From an uncultured candidate division Zixibacteria bacterium (lineage in GTDB: Bacteria; Zixibacteria; MSB-5A5; UBA10806): 64,000 bases of DNA. Position numbers and translations under genes: made by a program. How positions within the stretch are numbered: the stretch's first letter is position 1; every line of letters begins with the position of its first letter. Shown in pieces: positions 22,624 to 31,957 of this stretch. The notes beneath the pieces are model-generated. The model ran no database searches. It had not been told where the DNA came from and saw nothing but the letters and a program-made list of their open reading frames with translations. The DNA lies in NCBI GenBank assembly GCA_963817915.1, contig CAWFQL010000017.1, forward strand, positions 32,001-96,000, read 5' to 3'.

Positions 22624-23582
22624 ATGGAGATAAAAAATGAATGTATAGTGCGTTTTCGGCGAATCGCGTTGATAACCACTATTTCGACCTATATTCTGAT
22701 ATTCCTTGGTGGTCTCGTCAGAGTCTCAGGGGCCGGACTCGGATGTCCTGACTGGCCTAAATGCTTCGGCCGTTGGTTCCCGCCCACCAATGTCAGTCAG
22801 CTGCCGCCCGATATGGACCCGACATTATTCAATTTCACTTAGCCTGGATCGAATATGTGAATCGGCTTGCGGGCATTATCGTCGGGCTGATGATCTTGTT
22901 TGTTGCCATTATCGCGATAGTAAGATTTCGCAAAATAAAGGCTATCATGTGGCCATCTATCGGGGCCGCTATACTGGTCGCTGTCCAGGGATGGCAGGGC
23001 GGTCAACTCGTGTCATCGAAATTAGCTCCTATAATAGTCTCGCTCCACGCCGGATTGGCATTGATTATAGTCAGCCTTCTGGTCTTTGTTACTCGAAACG
23101 CCTACGCCCTTGAAAATCGTGCCAACGAGCAGAAAGATTCATTCCCGGCCGGCTTTGGTTTCAAGATATCGATACTCTGGCTGTTCAGCATTGTTCAGAT
23201 AGTACTTGGCACTAATGTCCGTTCAACTCTCGAAGAGCTGGCAGCGAAATTCCCATTACTCGATGGCCTCCAGCTTTTGCGGATGGTCGGTGTCGCCGAT
23301 TATCTGCACATGGTTTTGGGACTATTAATAGTAGGTTACGCGGGGCATATCGGACATACTATATTGAAAAACCGCAAATCGCTCTCACGGCATACCGCGC
23401 AGGTCGCGTTGGGCTTGGATATTGTTGCCGCCGCGCAATTAATAGTGGGTCTCTTGCTGGTCCTTGTCGGCATCCCGGAATTGACTCAGGTGTTCCATCT
23501 CTGGCTCGCAAGTTTATTTGTCGGAATATTGCTGATTATTTACGCCAAAACCAGACAGACCGAAGGGGGGATCAATGCGTAA
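22624..23582 (+). CDS. ctaA: Heme A synthase (COX15/CtaA), frameshift near 22835
   Basis: [20 protein letters not shown] in the first [21 protein letters not shown] and QIVLG in the second. Confidence 0.85.
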
Positions 23583-24180
23583 TAATGGCGGATTCATAAA
23601 GCTGATTATTCTCTTTGCCCTGATGGCATTAGTCCTGGCAGTCGTGGCGGTCTTCGTAATAAGGCAGGCCGACGCTTCCCGTTCAAATATACCTGAATTG
23701 GGTAATATAACTCAATTCACGTTCACTGATCAGAACGGTCAGCCATTCGGATCGGACACAATGAAGGGCAAAATAAATATTGTCGATTTCTTTTTCACCA
23801 CCTGTCCCAATGTCTGTCCGGTCATGACCCGGCGAATGGCAGACCTCTATGAAAAATTCGCGGACTCCGATAAAATTCATTTTGTTTCTGTGACCACCGA
23901 CCCAACCAACGATTCCCTGAAGGCATTGCGCAATTACGCTTCAGCTTATGGGGCCAATGATGGCCGTTGGTCGTTTATTCGAGGCACGACAGAGGAAACC
24001 GCCTCGCTATCGGAGACCTGCTTCAAATTATCAGCAGATCAATTGCCGTTAGTGCATAGTGTCATGTTTGTCTTAGTCGATCAAAATGGTGTCATTCGTG
24101 GGTACTATGACAGCAACGACGAAGCCAGCCTCGAGCTTCTGAGCAAACATATTGTGATCTTGGCCAAGAAGCTTTCATGA
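23575..24180 (+). CDS. Second SCO1/SenC family protein
   Basis: DFFFTTCPNVCP, HSVMFVLVD..G.IRGYY. Confidence 0.9.
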   Translation: MRNNGGFIKLIILFALMALVLAVVAVFVIRQADASRSNIPELGNITQFTFTDQNGQPFGSDTMKGKINIVDFFFTTCPNVCPVMTRRMADLYEKFADSDKIHFVSVTTDPTNDSLKALRNYASAYGANDGRWSFIRGTTEETASLSETCFKLSADQLPLVHSVMFVLVDQNGVIRGYYDSNDEASLELLSKHIVILAKKLS

Positions 24181-24192
24181 CATTTATTCTAA

Positions 24193-24444
24193 TGCGGTCG
24201 GGGGCCGTCAGGCCGGCGACCGAATGAGCCGAAGTCGGGTCAGACGCCCGACATCACTGATAATATTAGCTAAGAGACTAGCCATGCCATCCATGACATG
24301 CCCTCAATCAATGCCACGGTCAATTTCGAGTCAGCGGCGACCTGCCCGCGTCGTCAGGCAATCCTGTCCGGACGCATTCCCGTGCGGTCAGGTCTCCGCA
24401 CCCGACCGAAAACCGATGTCGGGTCAGGCGACCCGACATCACAG
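24193..24444. repeat. REP doublets and a degenerate duplicate of the DUF420 gene 5' end
   Basis: GTGCGGTCAGGT..ACCCGACCG plus GATGTCGGGTC..GACCCGACATCAC (24382-24442); a decayed copy at ~24193-24345 continues into ttagctaagaga..ccatgacatgccctcaatcaa, as at 24450-24496. Confidence 0.8.
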
Positions 24445-24467
24445 ACAAAATTAGCTAAGAGATTTTC

Positions 24468-24881
24468 ATGACAATCCATGACATGCCCTCAATCAACGCC
24501 ACGCTGAATTTCATCAGCGGTGTCCTGATATTCCTCGGCCGAATGCAGATCAAGCGCGGCCTCCAGCAACGGCACAAACGATTCATGCTCTCGGCGTTGG
24601 CCATCACAGTTTTATTTCTAATCAGCTATACCATCTATCACAGCCAGGTCGGCTCGGTGCCATATCCGCGTCACGATTGGACTCGCCCGCTCTATTTCGC
24701 GATTCTGATTCCGCACGTAATCTTCGCGGCTCTAAATGTGCCATTCGCCATCTGGGCGGTCTATTTCGCCTTGAAGGGCAAATTCGACCGGCACAAACGA
24801 CTGGTTCGCTGGGTCTGGCCGGTATGGATGTTTGTCTCTATCAGTGGAATCGCAGTCTATATAATGCTCTATCGATTGTAG
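24468..24881 (+). CDS. DUF420 (YozB-like) membrane protein
   Basis: P.INATLN, HKRFM, FLISY..YH, ILIPH, HKRL..W..P.W..VS.SG; typical neighbour of oxidase operons. Confidence 0.88.
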   Translation: MTIHDMPSINATLNFISGVLIFLGRMQIKRGLQQRHKRFMLSALAITVLFLISYTIYHSQVGSVPYPRHDWTRPLYFAILIPHVIFAALNVPFAIWAVYFALKGKFDRHKRLVRWVWPVWMFVSISGIAVYIMLYRL

Positions 24882-24897
24882 AATTTTCCTGCGAATC

Positions 24898-25059
24898 GTA
24901 GGGCAGGAGTCGATAGACTCCTGCCATCATATTCCCCTTCATCGGTCATTGCGAATCCGCCGCAGGCGGATTAGGCAATCTGAAGGCTGATTTTTCCCGT
25001 GCGGTCGGGTCTCCGCACCCGACCGATACGCGATGTCGGGTCGGGGGACCCGACATCAC
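24898..25059. repeat. Mosaic REP cluster between convergent genes
   Basis: GTAGGGCAGGAGTC..GACTCCTGCC (24898-24925); GTCATTGCGA[ATCCGCCGCAGGCGGAT]..GCAATC (24945-24980); GTGCGGTCGGGT..ACCCGACCG (24999-25025); GATGTCGGGTC..GACCCGACATCAC (25032-25059). Confidence 0.9.
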
Positions 25060-25068
25060 AAATAATAT

Positions 25069-26247
25069 CTACCTCAGCAGCGTCACCTTCGAGGTTACTC
25101 TATGATTCGTCCCATTTGCAACCACGAAATACAAGCCCGATGCCGCTTCATTCCCCCGCACATCAGTGCCATCCCACAAAATCTCCGCTGCGGGCGCAAA
25201 TGATTTCACCTTCTGCCCTGTGATACTGTAAATCGCAATATCCTTTAATTCGCTAATATCGCCAGCATAGACAATCCTCGTCTGAGCATTGAATGGATTC
25301 GGATAAGCAGAGAGGGAGATACTTGACGGAGTCAAGGGATTTTCATTTTCAATGCCGGTTATCAAATCGGACACACAAACGAAATTTGCTGGTTCGCACC
25401 ACTGCCCATAAGCCTCAAAATGCGTGAAGTACATTTTTTCTCCATTTAGTGAAAATGATGGAGAAAAGCTTTGGCCGATATGTAAATCGCAGTAGGGGTC
25501 GGGGGAAGAAAAATTAATGTTTCCATTCAAATGAATGGGCGCTTGCCACAATCCATTGACAAAATTACAGACAACCATCGGGGCAGGAACATAGGGAGCC
25601 CCACCCTCACTAAAATACAATCTCAAACCATCGGGTGAAATTTGAGGGATTGGATTTCTATTGTCCGGATCATTTATTATGTCTGGCAAAACGGCTGGCG
25701 TTGTGAATTCACCATTAATAACGTCCGATGCCATTATTACGCTATTTCGTAAAAAAAATAATTTTGTGCCGTCTCGCGTCATTGATGGTGAGGATTCACT
25801 TTCCGATGAATTTATTTCCGGACCTAAATTCCATGGATCCGACCATTCACTATTACTTAGATTAGGTCTAGCGGCCCAGATGTCACTTCCGCCATAACCA
25901 CCATCCATAGCAGATGAAAAATAAATTATCGTATCAACTGCATCGTAGAGAAAAAGTGTTCCAACATCCATATTTTGTATGTAGTACGGTAATGGAACTG
26001 GACATTGCCATTCATTATCAGTGAATGTCGAGTAATAAATGTTGGTTTCGCCCGTAGACTTCACGAACATCAATGAATCATTTGAACCGATGGTCAAGAT
26101 TGAATATCCATAGAGTGCTTGGTTGTCGCAATTTTCTGGATTAAAATCAATGCCTGCCGCCGGCCCCCAATCATCCTGCGCCATCGTGATTAATGGAGCA
26201 TAGACTATCGCAATAACAATCAATGCCGAAATAATCAATCTTTTCAT
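25069..26247 (-). CDS. Secreted protein with PD40/TolB-like repeats and FlgD/T9SS-like C-terminal domain
   Basis: Start MKRLIIS (26247) with signal peptide; GGYGGSDIW, WSDPWNLGPEINS..E.SPS, PQISPDG..LYF; AYPNPFN..WDG.D..G..AASGLYF. Confidence 0.8.
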   Translation of the reverse strand: MKRLIISALIVIAIVYAPLITMAQDDWGPAAGIDFNPENCDNQALYGYSILTIGSNDSLMFVKSTGETNIYYSTFTDNEWQCPVPLPYYIQNMDVGTLFLYDAVDTIIYFSSAMDGGYGGSDIWAARPNLSNSEWSDPWNLGPEINSSESESSPSMTRDGTKLFFLRNSVIMASDVINGEFTTPAVLPDIINDPDNRNPIPQISPDGLRLYFSEGGAPYVPAPMVVCNFVNGLWQAPIHLNGNINFSSPDPYCDLHIGQSFSPSFSLNGEKMYFTHFEAYGQWCEPANFVCVSDLITGIENENPLTPSSISLSAYPNPFNAQTRIVYAGDISELKDIAIYSITGQKVKSFAPAAEILWDGTDVRGNEAASGLYFVVANGTNHRVTSKVTLLR

Positions 26248-26346
26248 GTCAAACCCCCGTCTAAAGAGTCTATTTGATGCATATAATATATGACTATGGA
26301 TATTATTATCCAAGAAAAAAATGCTCAATTTCGAGAAATTCAGTGC

Positions 26347-26372
26347 GTCGTCAGGAACCCCTTCCTGACGAC
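26347..26372. repeat. GTCGTCAGGAA-type palindrome
   Basis: GTCGTCAGGAA-CCCC-TTCCTGACGAC; related copies at ~24348, 37852-37878 and ~52062. Confidence 0.7.
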
Positions 26373-26398
26373 TAGATGGATAATTTATGGAATTGGCT

Positions 26399-27547
26399 TT
26401 ATCGTCCCGGAGGATAATCAGGGCAAAATCGAAGCGCGTCTCCGCCCCTGAAAAAATTCACCATGAATGTAACATCAAGGCCGTTCGCGTGGCAATCGCC
26501 GTTGGCATCGGCCGCCACTAAAAACGGTCCATTGCCTATATCGCATGTATCCGGCGGTGCGGCCCCGCCTTTGAGATAATTGACAAAATAAGTAACATCG
26601 AGGCCGTTGGCGGAACCGTTCCCGTTGACATCCCCCGGCACATAAGGGCAGGAATAAGTCGGAAATAGCTCGCTCATAATTCGCCCCGTGCTCAATGGCG
26701 ATGAGAATCCCAAAAGCTCGCCGGTCGTGCGTGTAATATCGGTTATCGAGGCCCTTGGCGTATTGACATGAATTCCTTGAGCGATATCCGGCCCGATCGC
26801 GAGCATCATTACGTGACGGCATCCAAAACAATTTCCCCCATGATTGGCAAATCCGCCGTGGGCGTCATCGTGACGGCCATGATCATTGGTAACAAACATC
26901 GTTGTCTTACCGGCCATAATCGTATCGGTCTGAATAACATTCCAAATATTATTCACCAATGAATCCGCCTGCCTGATTTTGGCGATATAATCCGCCCAAA
27001 TTCCCAGATGTCCCGCGTGATCGGTATCCGGCAGATATATATAGCAAACCACCGGATGATCACGTCTCAACACCACAACTGCCGAATCATAATCCGCCTG
27101 ATTGTTGTCACTCGATGTCGGCGGCTGAACCATCATCGGCCAGTAATCAGGACCATAGCCGGGATAGAATGACGGCAGCCAGGTGTTGTTGCCATAATCC
27201 GGCGTGATATATATTGCTTTATTTGCCGGGATGCCGAAATCGTGACGAGCGTACTCCCATGATGTCGGGTAACGGCAGAATTGGACGGGGTTGCCTTGAT
27301 AGGTCGTATCCTGCAGGACATTGAAACGGCCCATCCAGGTCGCCGGTATTCCGAATGCGGTAACCGTTACGCTGTCATTGAACGCCGAATCCTGCACCGC
27401 CCCCTGATGCGACAATTCCGTCATTCGCGGACAATAGGTACCTGTAGTATCTCCCAGGCTTTCTGTATAGCGGACACCATCGATCAGGACTACTACAACA
27501 TGCTGAGTCTGGTAGGCAAAGTTCGATACCGAAAGTGCGAAAAACAA
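26399..27547 (-). CDS. Alkaline phosphatase superfamily protein with C-terminal dockerin-like domain; true start probably slightly upstream
   Basis: VVVLIDGVR, DTDHAGH, TNDHGRH metal-site motifs; duplicated GDVNGNGSANGLDVTY / ADANGDCHANGLDVTF dockerin repeats. Confidence 0.8.
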   Translation of the reverse strand: MFFALSVSNFAYQTQHVVVVLIDGVRYTESLGDTTGTYCPRMTELSHQGAVQDSAFNDSVTVTAFGIPATWMGRFNVLQDTTYQGNPVQFCRYPTSWEYARHDFGIPANKAIYITPDYGNNTWLPSFYPGYGPDYWPMMVQPPTSSDNNQADYDSAVVVLRRDHPVVCYIYLPDTDHAGHLGIWADYIAKIRQADSLVNNIWNVIQTDTIMAGKTTMFVTNDHGRHDDAHGGFANHGGNCFGCRHVMMLAIGPDIAQGIHVNTPRASITDITRTTGELLGFSSPLSTGRIMSELFPTYSCPYVPGDVNGNGSANGLDVTYFVNYLKGGAAPPDTCDIGNGPFLVAADANGDCHANGLDVTFMVNFFRGGDALRFCPDYPPGR

Positions 27548-28132
27548 TCCCTAAGGCCAGGGCCATTCGCCGTAAGAATTTAATCTTAATTAAATTCAAG
27601 AAGCCAGCCTTTCGCTTGGTTAAGCCAAAAATCAAGACTCTATTAAATATAGTGCTAATTGGGTTATTGACAAGACAATATTTCCTGCGATTCTCAATTT
27701 AATCGTCTGAAGCGGGCTCGCCGTGACCATATCTTTCCTGAATTTGAAAGTCATTTCCTCTGTGAAATGACATCCTCATTTTAGCTAAGCGAAATAACTT
27801 GTCTCCGTTTTATCATATATTATTGTAACATTCGCTTCAACGGCTTGCATTAATGCTTGACAAATCGAATACGATTTTATTTTATTGATTTTAGCTAATG
27901 TAAACTATCATTCTTGAAAAGTAGGATGATGCTCAAAACGAAATTCAATACTGATTTTCGCCAAACTACTGAAGTGAACAAGAAACATCTTTTATATCGT
28001 AGCTTTAAAAAACATAATAATCTAAAAATCAATAGCCCGGATAGCCGGCCCCAATTCCCAAAATCGCATGAAATCAGGCGGAATTATTATTGACAGGCCA
28101 TTTGGTTGAATAACCCAAAAAGGAGATCGTTT

Positions 28133-29233
28133 ATGAGATGCAGCAAATGTCTAATGCCATCGTTTTTGCCGAATAGCGATTTCAACTCCGAAAAAGAGTG
28201 TTCCTGGTGCCAATCTGGTTATCCTAATTATTCCCCTAAGGGGGCCGACAAATTCCTCAATCAGATTAATCAGTTTAAGAGAAACAACAATAGCGCCGAT
28301 TGTTTGGTTGGGCTTAGCGGTGGCAAAGACAGCTCATATGTATTATTAAAATTGAAGACAGAATTGAATCTTAATATCGAAGCATTCACTTATAATCATT
28401 TTGGTTTAACTGAATTTGCTCTTAACAATGCCAAAACTGTTTGTCAGGATTTAGGTGTGAAGCATCATCTGGTATCTCTGCCAAATGACGAACACCTTAA
28501 ATCTTTTCAGAAGTTCTTTGAAGTATGGATTAATTCGGAAAAGCCCATACCGGCGGCCATGACATGTGTTGCCTGCAAGCATCTTCATACATTAGGTTCT
28601 GAATTGGCTGCGAAACGCAAGATCCCCATGGTTGTCTGGGCAGCGTGTCCGCTGGAAATACCCCCGATATTGCCATTAAAATTACAGTCAAACAAAGAAA
28701 ATCAATTTAAACGGCAGGGAATGATCAAGAGTGCAGTTCAATTGGCAAATGAGACAATTTCTACACCCGGATTTTCGTCAAGTATCATCAAACATTTTCG
28801 GACTAGTCTAATTGGATGTTTAGGTGTCACTCCAACAGCGAAATATCTAAAACTTCGATATCCCTCAGTTAGCCAAATTTTGTATTTTGATTTCTTTGCA
28901 TGGAGTGCCAAACAAATTAGAAAGGATCTAAAAGAAAATACAAATTGGAAATCGCCGGCTGATTTTCCCGATGATTGGCATTCTGACTGCCTGTTCAATA
29001 TATTTAAAGAATATATGTTCCAAAAAATGTACGGGATATCTTATACGGACGCTTTCCTAAGCAATCAGATTCGTTATGGCCTTTTATCCAGAGAAGAATC
29101 GTGGGATATTTTGGTTAATACTAAGAAATTTTATGCTGCCAATATTTTTAAAGTGCTCGACAAAGTGGGACTGGCGCATCTGTCGGATAAAATCGACTCA
29201 TCCTGTTTTGATATGAACGAAGGAATAAATTGA
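28133..29233 (+). CDS. PP-loop ATP pyrophosphatase, N-acetyl-sugar amidotransferase-like
   Basis: N-terminal CSKC..CSWC, PP-loop VGLSGGKDSS, CVAC, HSDC, LSNQIRYG..SREE; AGGAG RBS before ATG 28133. Confidence 0.75.
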   Translation: MRCSKCLMPSFLPNSDFNSEKECSWCQSGYPNYSPKGADKFLNQINQFKRNNNSADCLVGLSGGKDSSYVLLKLKTELNLNIEAFTYNHFGLTEFALNNAKTVCQDLGVKHHLVSLPNDEHLKSFQKFFEVWINSEKPIPAAMTCVACKHLHTLGSELAAKRKIPMVVWAACPLEIPPILPLKLQSNKENQFKRQGMIKSAVQLANETISTPGFSSSIIKHFRTSLIGCLGVTPTAKYLKLRYPSVSQILYFDFFAWSAKQIRKDLKENTNWKSPADFPDDWHSDCLFNIFKEYMFQKMYGISYTDAFLSNQIRYGLLSREESWDILVNTKKFYAANIFKVLDKVGLAHLSDKIDSSCFDMNEGIN

Positions 29234-31042
29234 ATATTTTGGGTGTAAATGCATTCGGCTATAACCCTTCCGCATGTCTGGTTAGAGACGGCAAACTGGT
29301 GGCTTTCTGCCAGGAAGAGCGATTAACAAGATTAAAAGGTTCACACGGATTATTCCCTTCATTGGCGGTGTCATGGTGTTTAAGCAGTCAAAAAATAAAT
29401 CTGCAGGATATAAATAATATCGCCGTCAGTTGGGGATGTGACAAGCATCCCTGGAAAATGATAAGGCATTTAACTAAAGAAAGAATAAAACTATTAAAGT
29501 ACGGCTCATATTATTCGCCATCTTCCATAAATCACAAGGATAGCTTTATTTCTGCTCTGACACATATACGCACTTTCACGCCCAGAAATATAATCAAAAA
29601 TATCCGGGACAATCTTAGGATTTCAGGGCACAAAGGACCAATCCCTCCCATTGAATTCGTTGAGCATCATTTATGCCATGCATTCCAAAGCTTTTATCAA
29701 TCAGGCTTTGATAAAGCATCTGTTCTTGTGGCTGATGGCAGCGGGGAGGAAAATTGTGTTAGCGGCTTCTTGTTCGATAATTACAATCATCAGAGGATAT
29801 TCAATATCGATATTCCGCATTCTCTTGGATGGTTTTACAGCGGTTTTACTTCATATTTGGGATTTAAGCCGATCAGGGACGAAGGTAAAATGATGGGGTT
29901 GGCCGCGTATGGCGAAAAAAGAAAAGAAAATAATATATGGCTGGATAAGCTTGACAATGTACTGAAAATCGGAAAAGAGGGGTTCGAATTAGATCCAACA
30001 TTTTTCAAATTTGGCGGAAATGAATATCATCCTCGATTTACGGATAAAATGGTGAAATTTATAACTTCGAACGAAGCCGAATCTTGAGCCTATTTCATTG
30101 AATGAAAATGTCAGCCAGAATGGGAGCAGTCTCAATAAATATCTTCTTGATGATTATATAGATTTGGCCTATGCCGTACAGTCTCGTCTGGAAGTTGCAG
30201 TCGTAACGTTGGTAAATACGCTGATTAGAAAAACCAAATGTAATGACCTGTGCCTTGCAGGCGGTATATTCATGAATTGCAAGGCTAACGACGTAATTCT
30301 GAATAAAACCGGCATCGATAATATATTTATTCATCCGGCTTCTTCAGACGATGGCTCGTGTATCGGCGCCGCCTTCTATCTTTCCAAGGCGATGGGTTAT
30401 GATCCGCGAAATAAATTGAAAAATACACAGCTCGGACCTTCATTTAGTAATTCAGAAATCGAGAAAGTGCTTAGTACATGCGGGCTGCCTTTTTCGGCCC
30501 CAGACGATATCTGCGCGGAAGTATCAAAACTATTAGCTTCAGGTAAAATGGTCGCGTGGTTTCAAGGCGGATGCGAGATGGGAGCCAGAGCGTTAGGTGG
30601 AAGAAGCATAATTGCATCACCGCTGAATAATGGGATAAAGGCCAAAATTAACGAATATGCCAAAAGGAGAGAACATTGGCGCCCATATTGTCCCTCTATT
30701 ATTCTTGAACAAGCTGAAAAATATATAGATAAGCCGGCAAATACGCCCTTTATGATTTTAGCGAGACAGTCTACAGACCTATTGCGAAAAGCGGCTCCGG
30801 ACGTTGTTCATGTCGATAATTCGGTTCGTCCTCAGATGGTCCAAAAATCAACACTGCCGCGATGGCATAAGTTAATAGAGGATTTTGGAGTTCTCACAGG
30901 GCATCCAGTAATTTTAAATACATCGTTGAATGTCCGAGGTGAACCAATGGCCTGCCGACCCCATGACGCGATTAACTATTTATATTCGACAGGATTAGAC
31001 GCCCTGGCCATAGAAGATTTTCTGGTCATCAAGAATCGTTAA
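29230..31042 (+). CDS. Carbamoyltransferase (NodU/CmcH family), frameshift near 30080
   Basis: EERLTR.K, EHHLCHA, DGSGE, EGKMMGLAAYG in the first ORF; LAGG..MNC, DDG..IGAA, EMGARALGGRSI, RE.WRP, VHVD.S.RPQ, LNTS.N in the second. Confidence 0.88.
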
Positions 31043-31075
31043 CCTGCCAAAATTTATTGCGGATAAAAAGAATAA

Positions 31076-31762
31076 TTGATTTATACAATTAGAAAATTCG
31101 CGACTCTATTTTTAGATAGAGTCATAAGAAGATCAAAAATGCTTACCCGCATTCTATTTGGAATCAAGATTGTTTATAGCGATAAGGCTCATTGGGATTT
31201 CACGACTTTAGTTTTCAAGTATGCTTTGGTTGACACAACCAAGCCGAAAGATGATATACTGGAAATAGGGACTGGTCCTCATGCTATTTTATCTATATAC
31301 CTGGCAAAAAGAATAAAATGCAACATTACGGCCAGCGACATTAACTCGGAATATGTTGAAAATGCCATTAATACCGCGAATAGGAACGATGTAGATATAA
31401 AAATTATCAAAAGTGACCTGTTTGAAAATATCAAGAGTCAATTCGACATGATATTTTGGAATTCCATTTATATTCCGCGAGCTGTCGGAGAAAAAATTGA
31501 TATTGATAAAATTTGCAAATATAAAACAGACTGGTGCGGTGGCGAAACAGGCCTTGAGGGCATCGAAAAGCTGCTGAATAACTCGAAAAGTCATTTAAAA
31601 AATAACGGGCTATTGCTCATTGGATTCAGCAGGGTCTATCTTAATGAAGATGCGGTGATCGAAAAATGCCGAAATTCGGGATATTCCGTTGAGAAGATCA
31701 TCAAACGACCGCTGAATCCCAGTCGAGTGTTTATAGTCAAAAATAAGATTCACCAAGAATAA
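31076..31762 (+). CDS. Class I SAM-dependent methyltransferase (HemK-like)
   Basis: LEIGTGP, ASDIN, SDLF, FDMIFWN, GGETG. Confidence 0.8.
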   Translation: MIYTIRKFATLFLDRVIRRSKMLTRILFGIKIVYSDKAHWDFTTLVFKYALVDTTKPKDDILEIGTGPHAILSIYLAKRIKCNITASDINSEYVENAINTANRNDVDIKIIKSDLFENIKSQFDMIFWNSIYIPRAVGEKIDIDKICKYKTDWCGGETGLEGIEKLLNNSKSHLKNNGLLLIGFSRVYLNEDAVIEKCRNSGYSVEKIIKRPLNPSRVFIVKNKIHQE

Positions 31763-31881
31763 AGCCGCATTTATAAGCAAGACCATTATATCCATACTAG
31801 TATGAAATACGGAGCATTCTGAAGATGCCAGTATAAGTGTATTGATAAAGTGCGTTTACCCCAAAATCCCCCTAAAAACCA

Positions 31882-31909
31882 TTGACTTTCAACCCCAAAA
31901 TCATATTTT
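31882..31909 (+). promoter_or_regulatory. Candidate sigma70 promoter TTGACT-N16-TATTTT
   Basis: Located ~50 nt upstream of the glmL-like start, which has a GAGG RBS. Confidence 0.4.
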
Positions 31910-31957
31910 TAATTTTCTATGGTGAAAAAAGAACGATTAAGATAAAGAGGTCATTTA

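Noticed and set aside
24280..24530. Diversity-generating retroelement template/variable repeat pair
   Set aside because: Differences between the copies include indels and changes at C, G and T rather than being adenine-specific, and there is no reverse transcriptase in the window.
27926..28093. 55-aa ORF as a RiPP precursor for the downstream tailoring enzymes
   Set aside because: Weak RBS, no leader/core pattern, and no recognition-element, peptidase or transporter gene nearby; it may be a chance ORF in AT-rich DNA.
30085..30098. Stop-codon readthrough or selenocysteine in the carbamoyltransferase
   Set aside because: The two halves are in different frames; removing one base restores a continuous reading (..NLEPISLNE..), so this is a frameshift.
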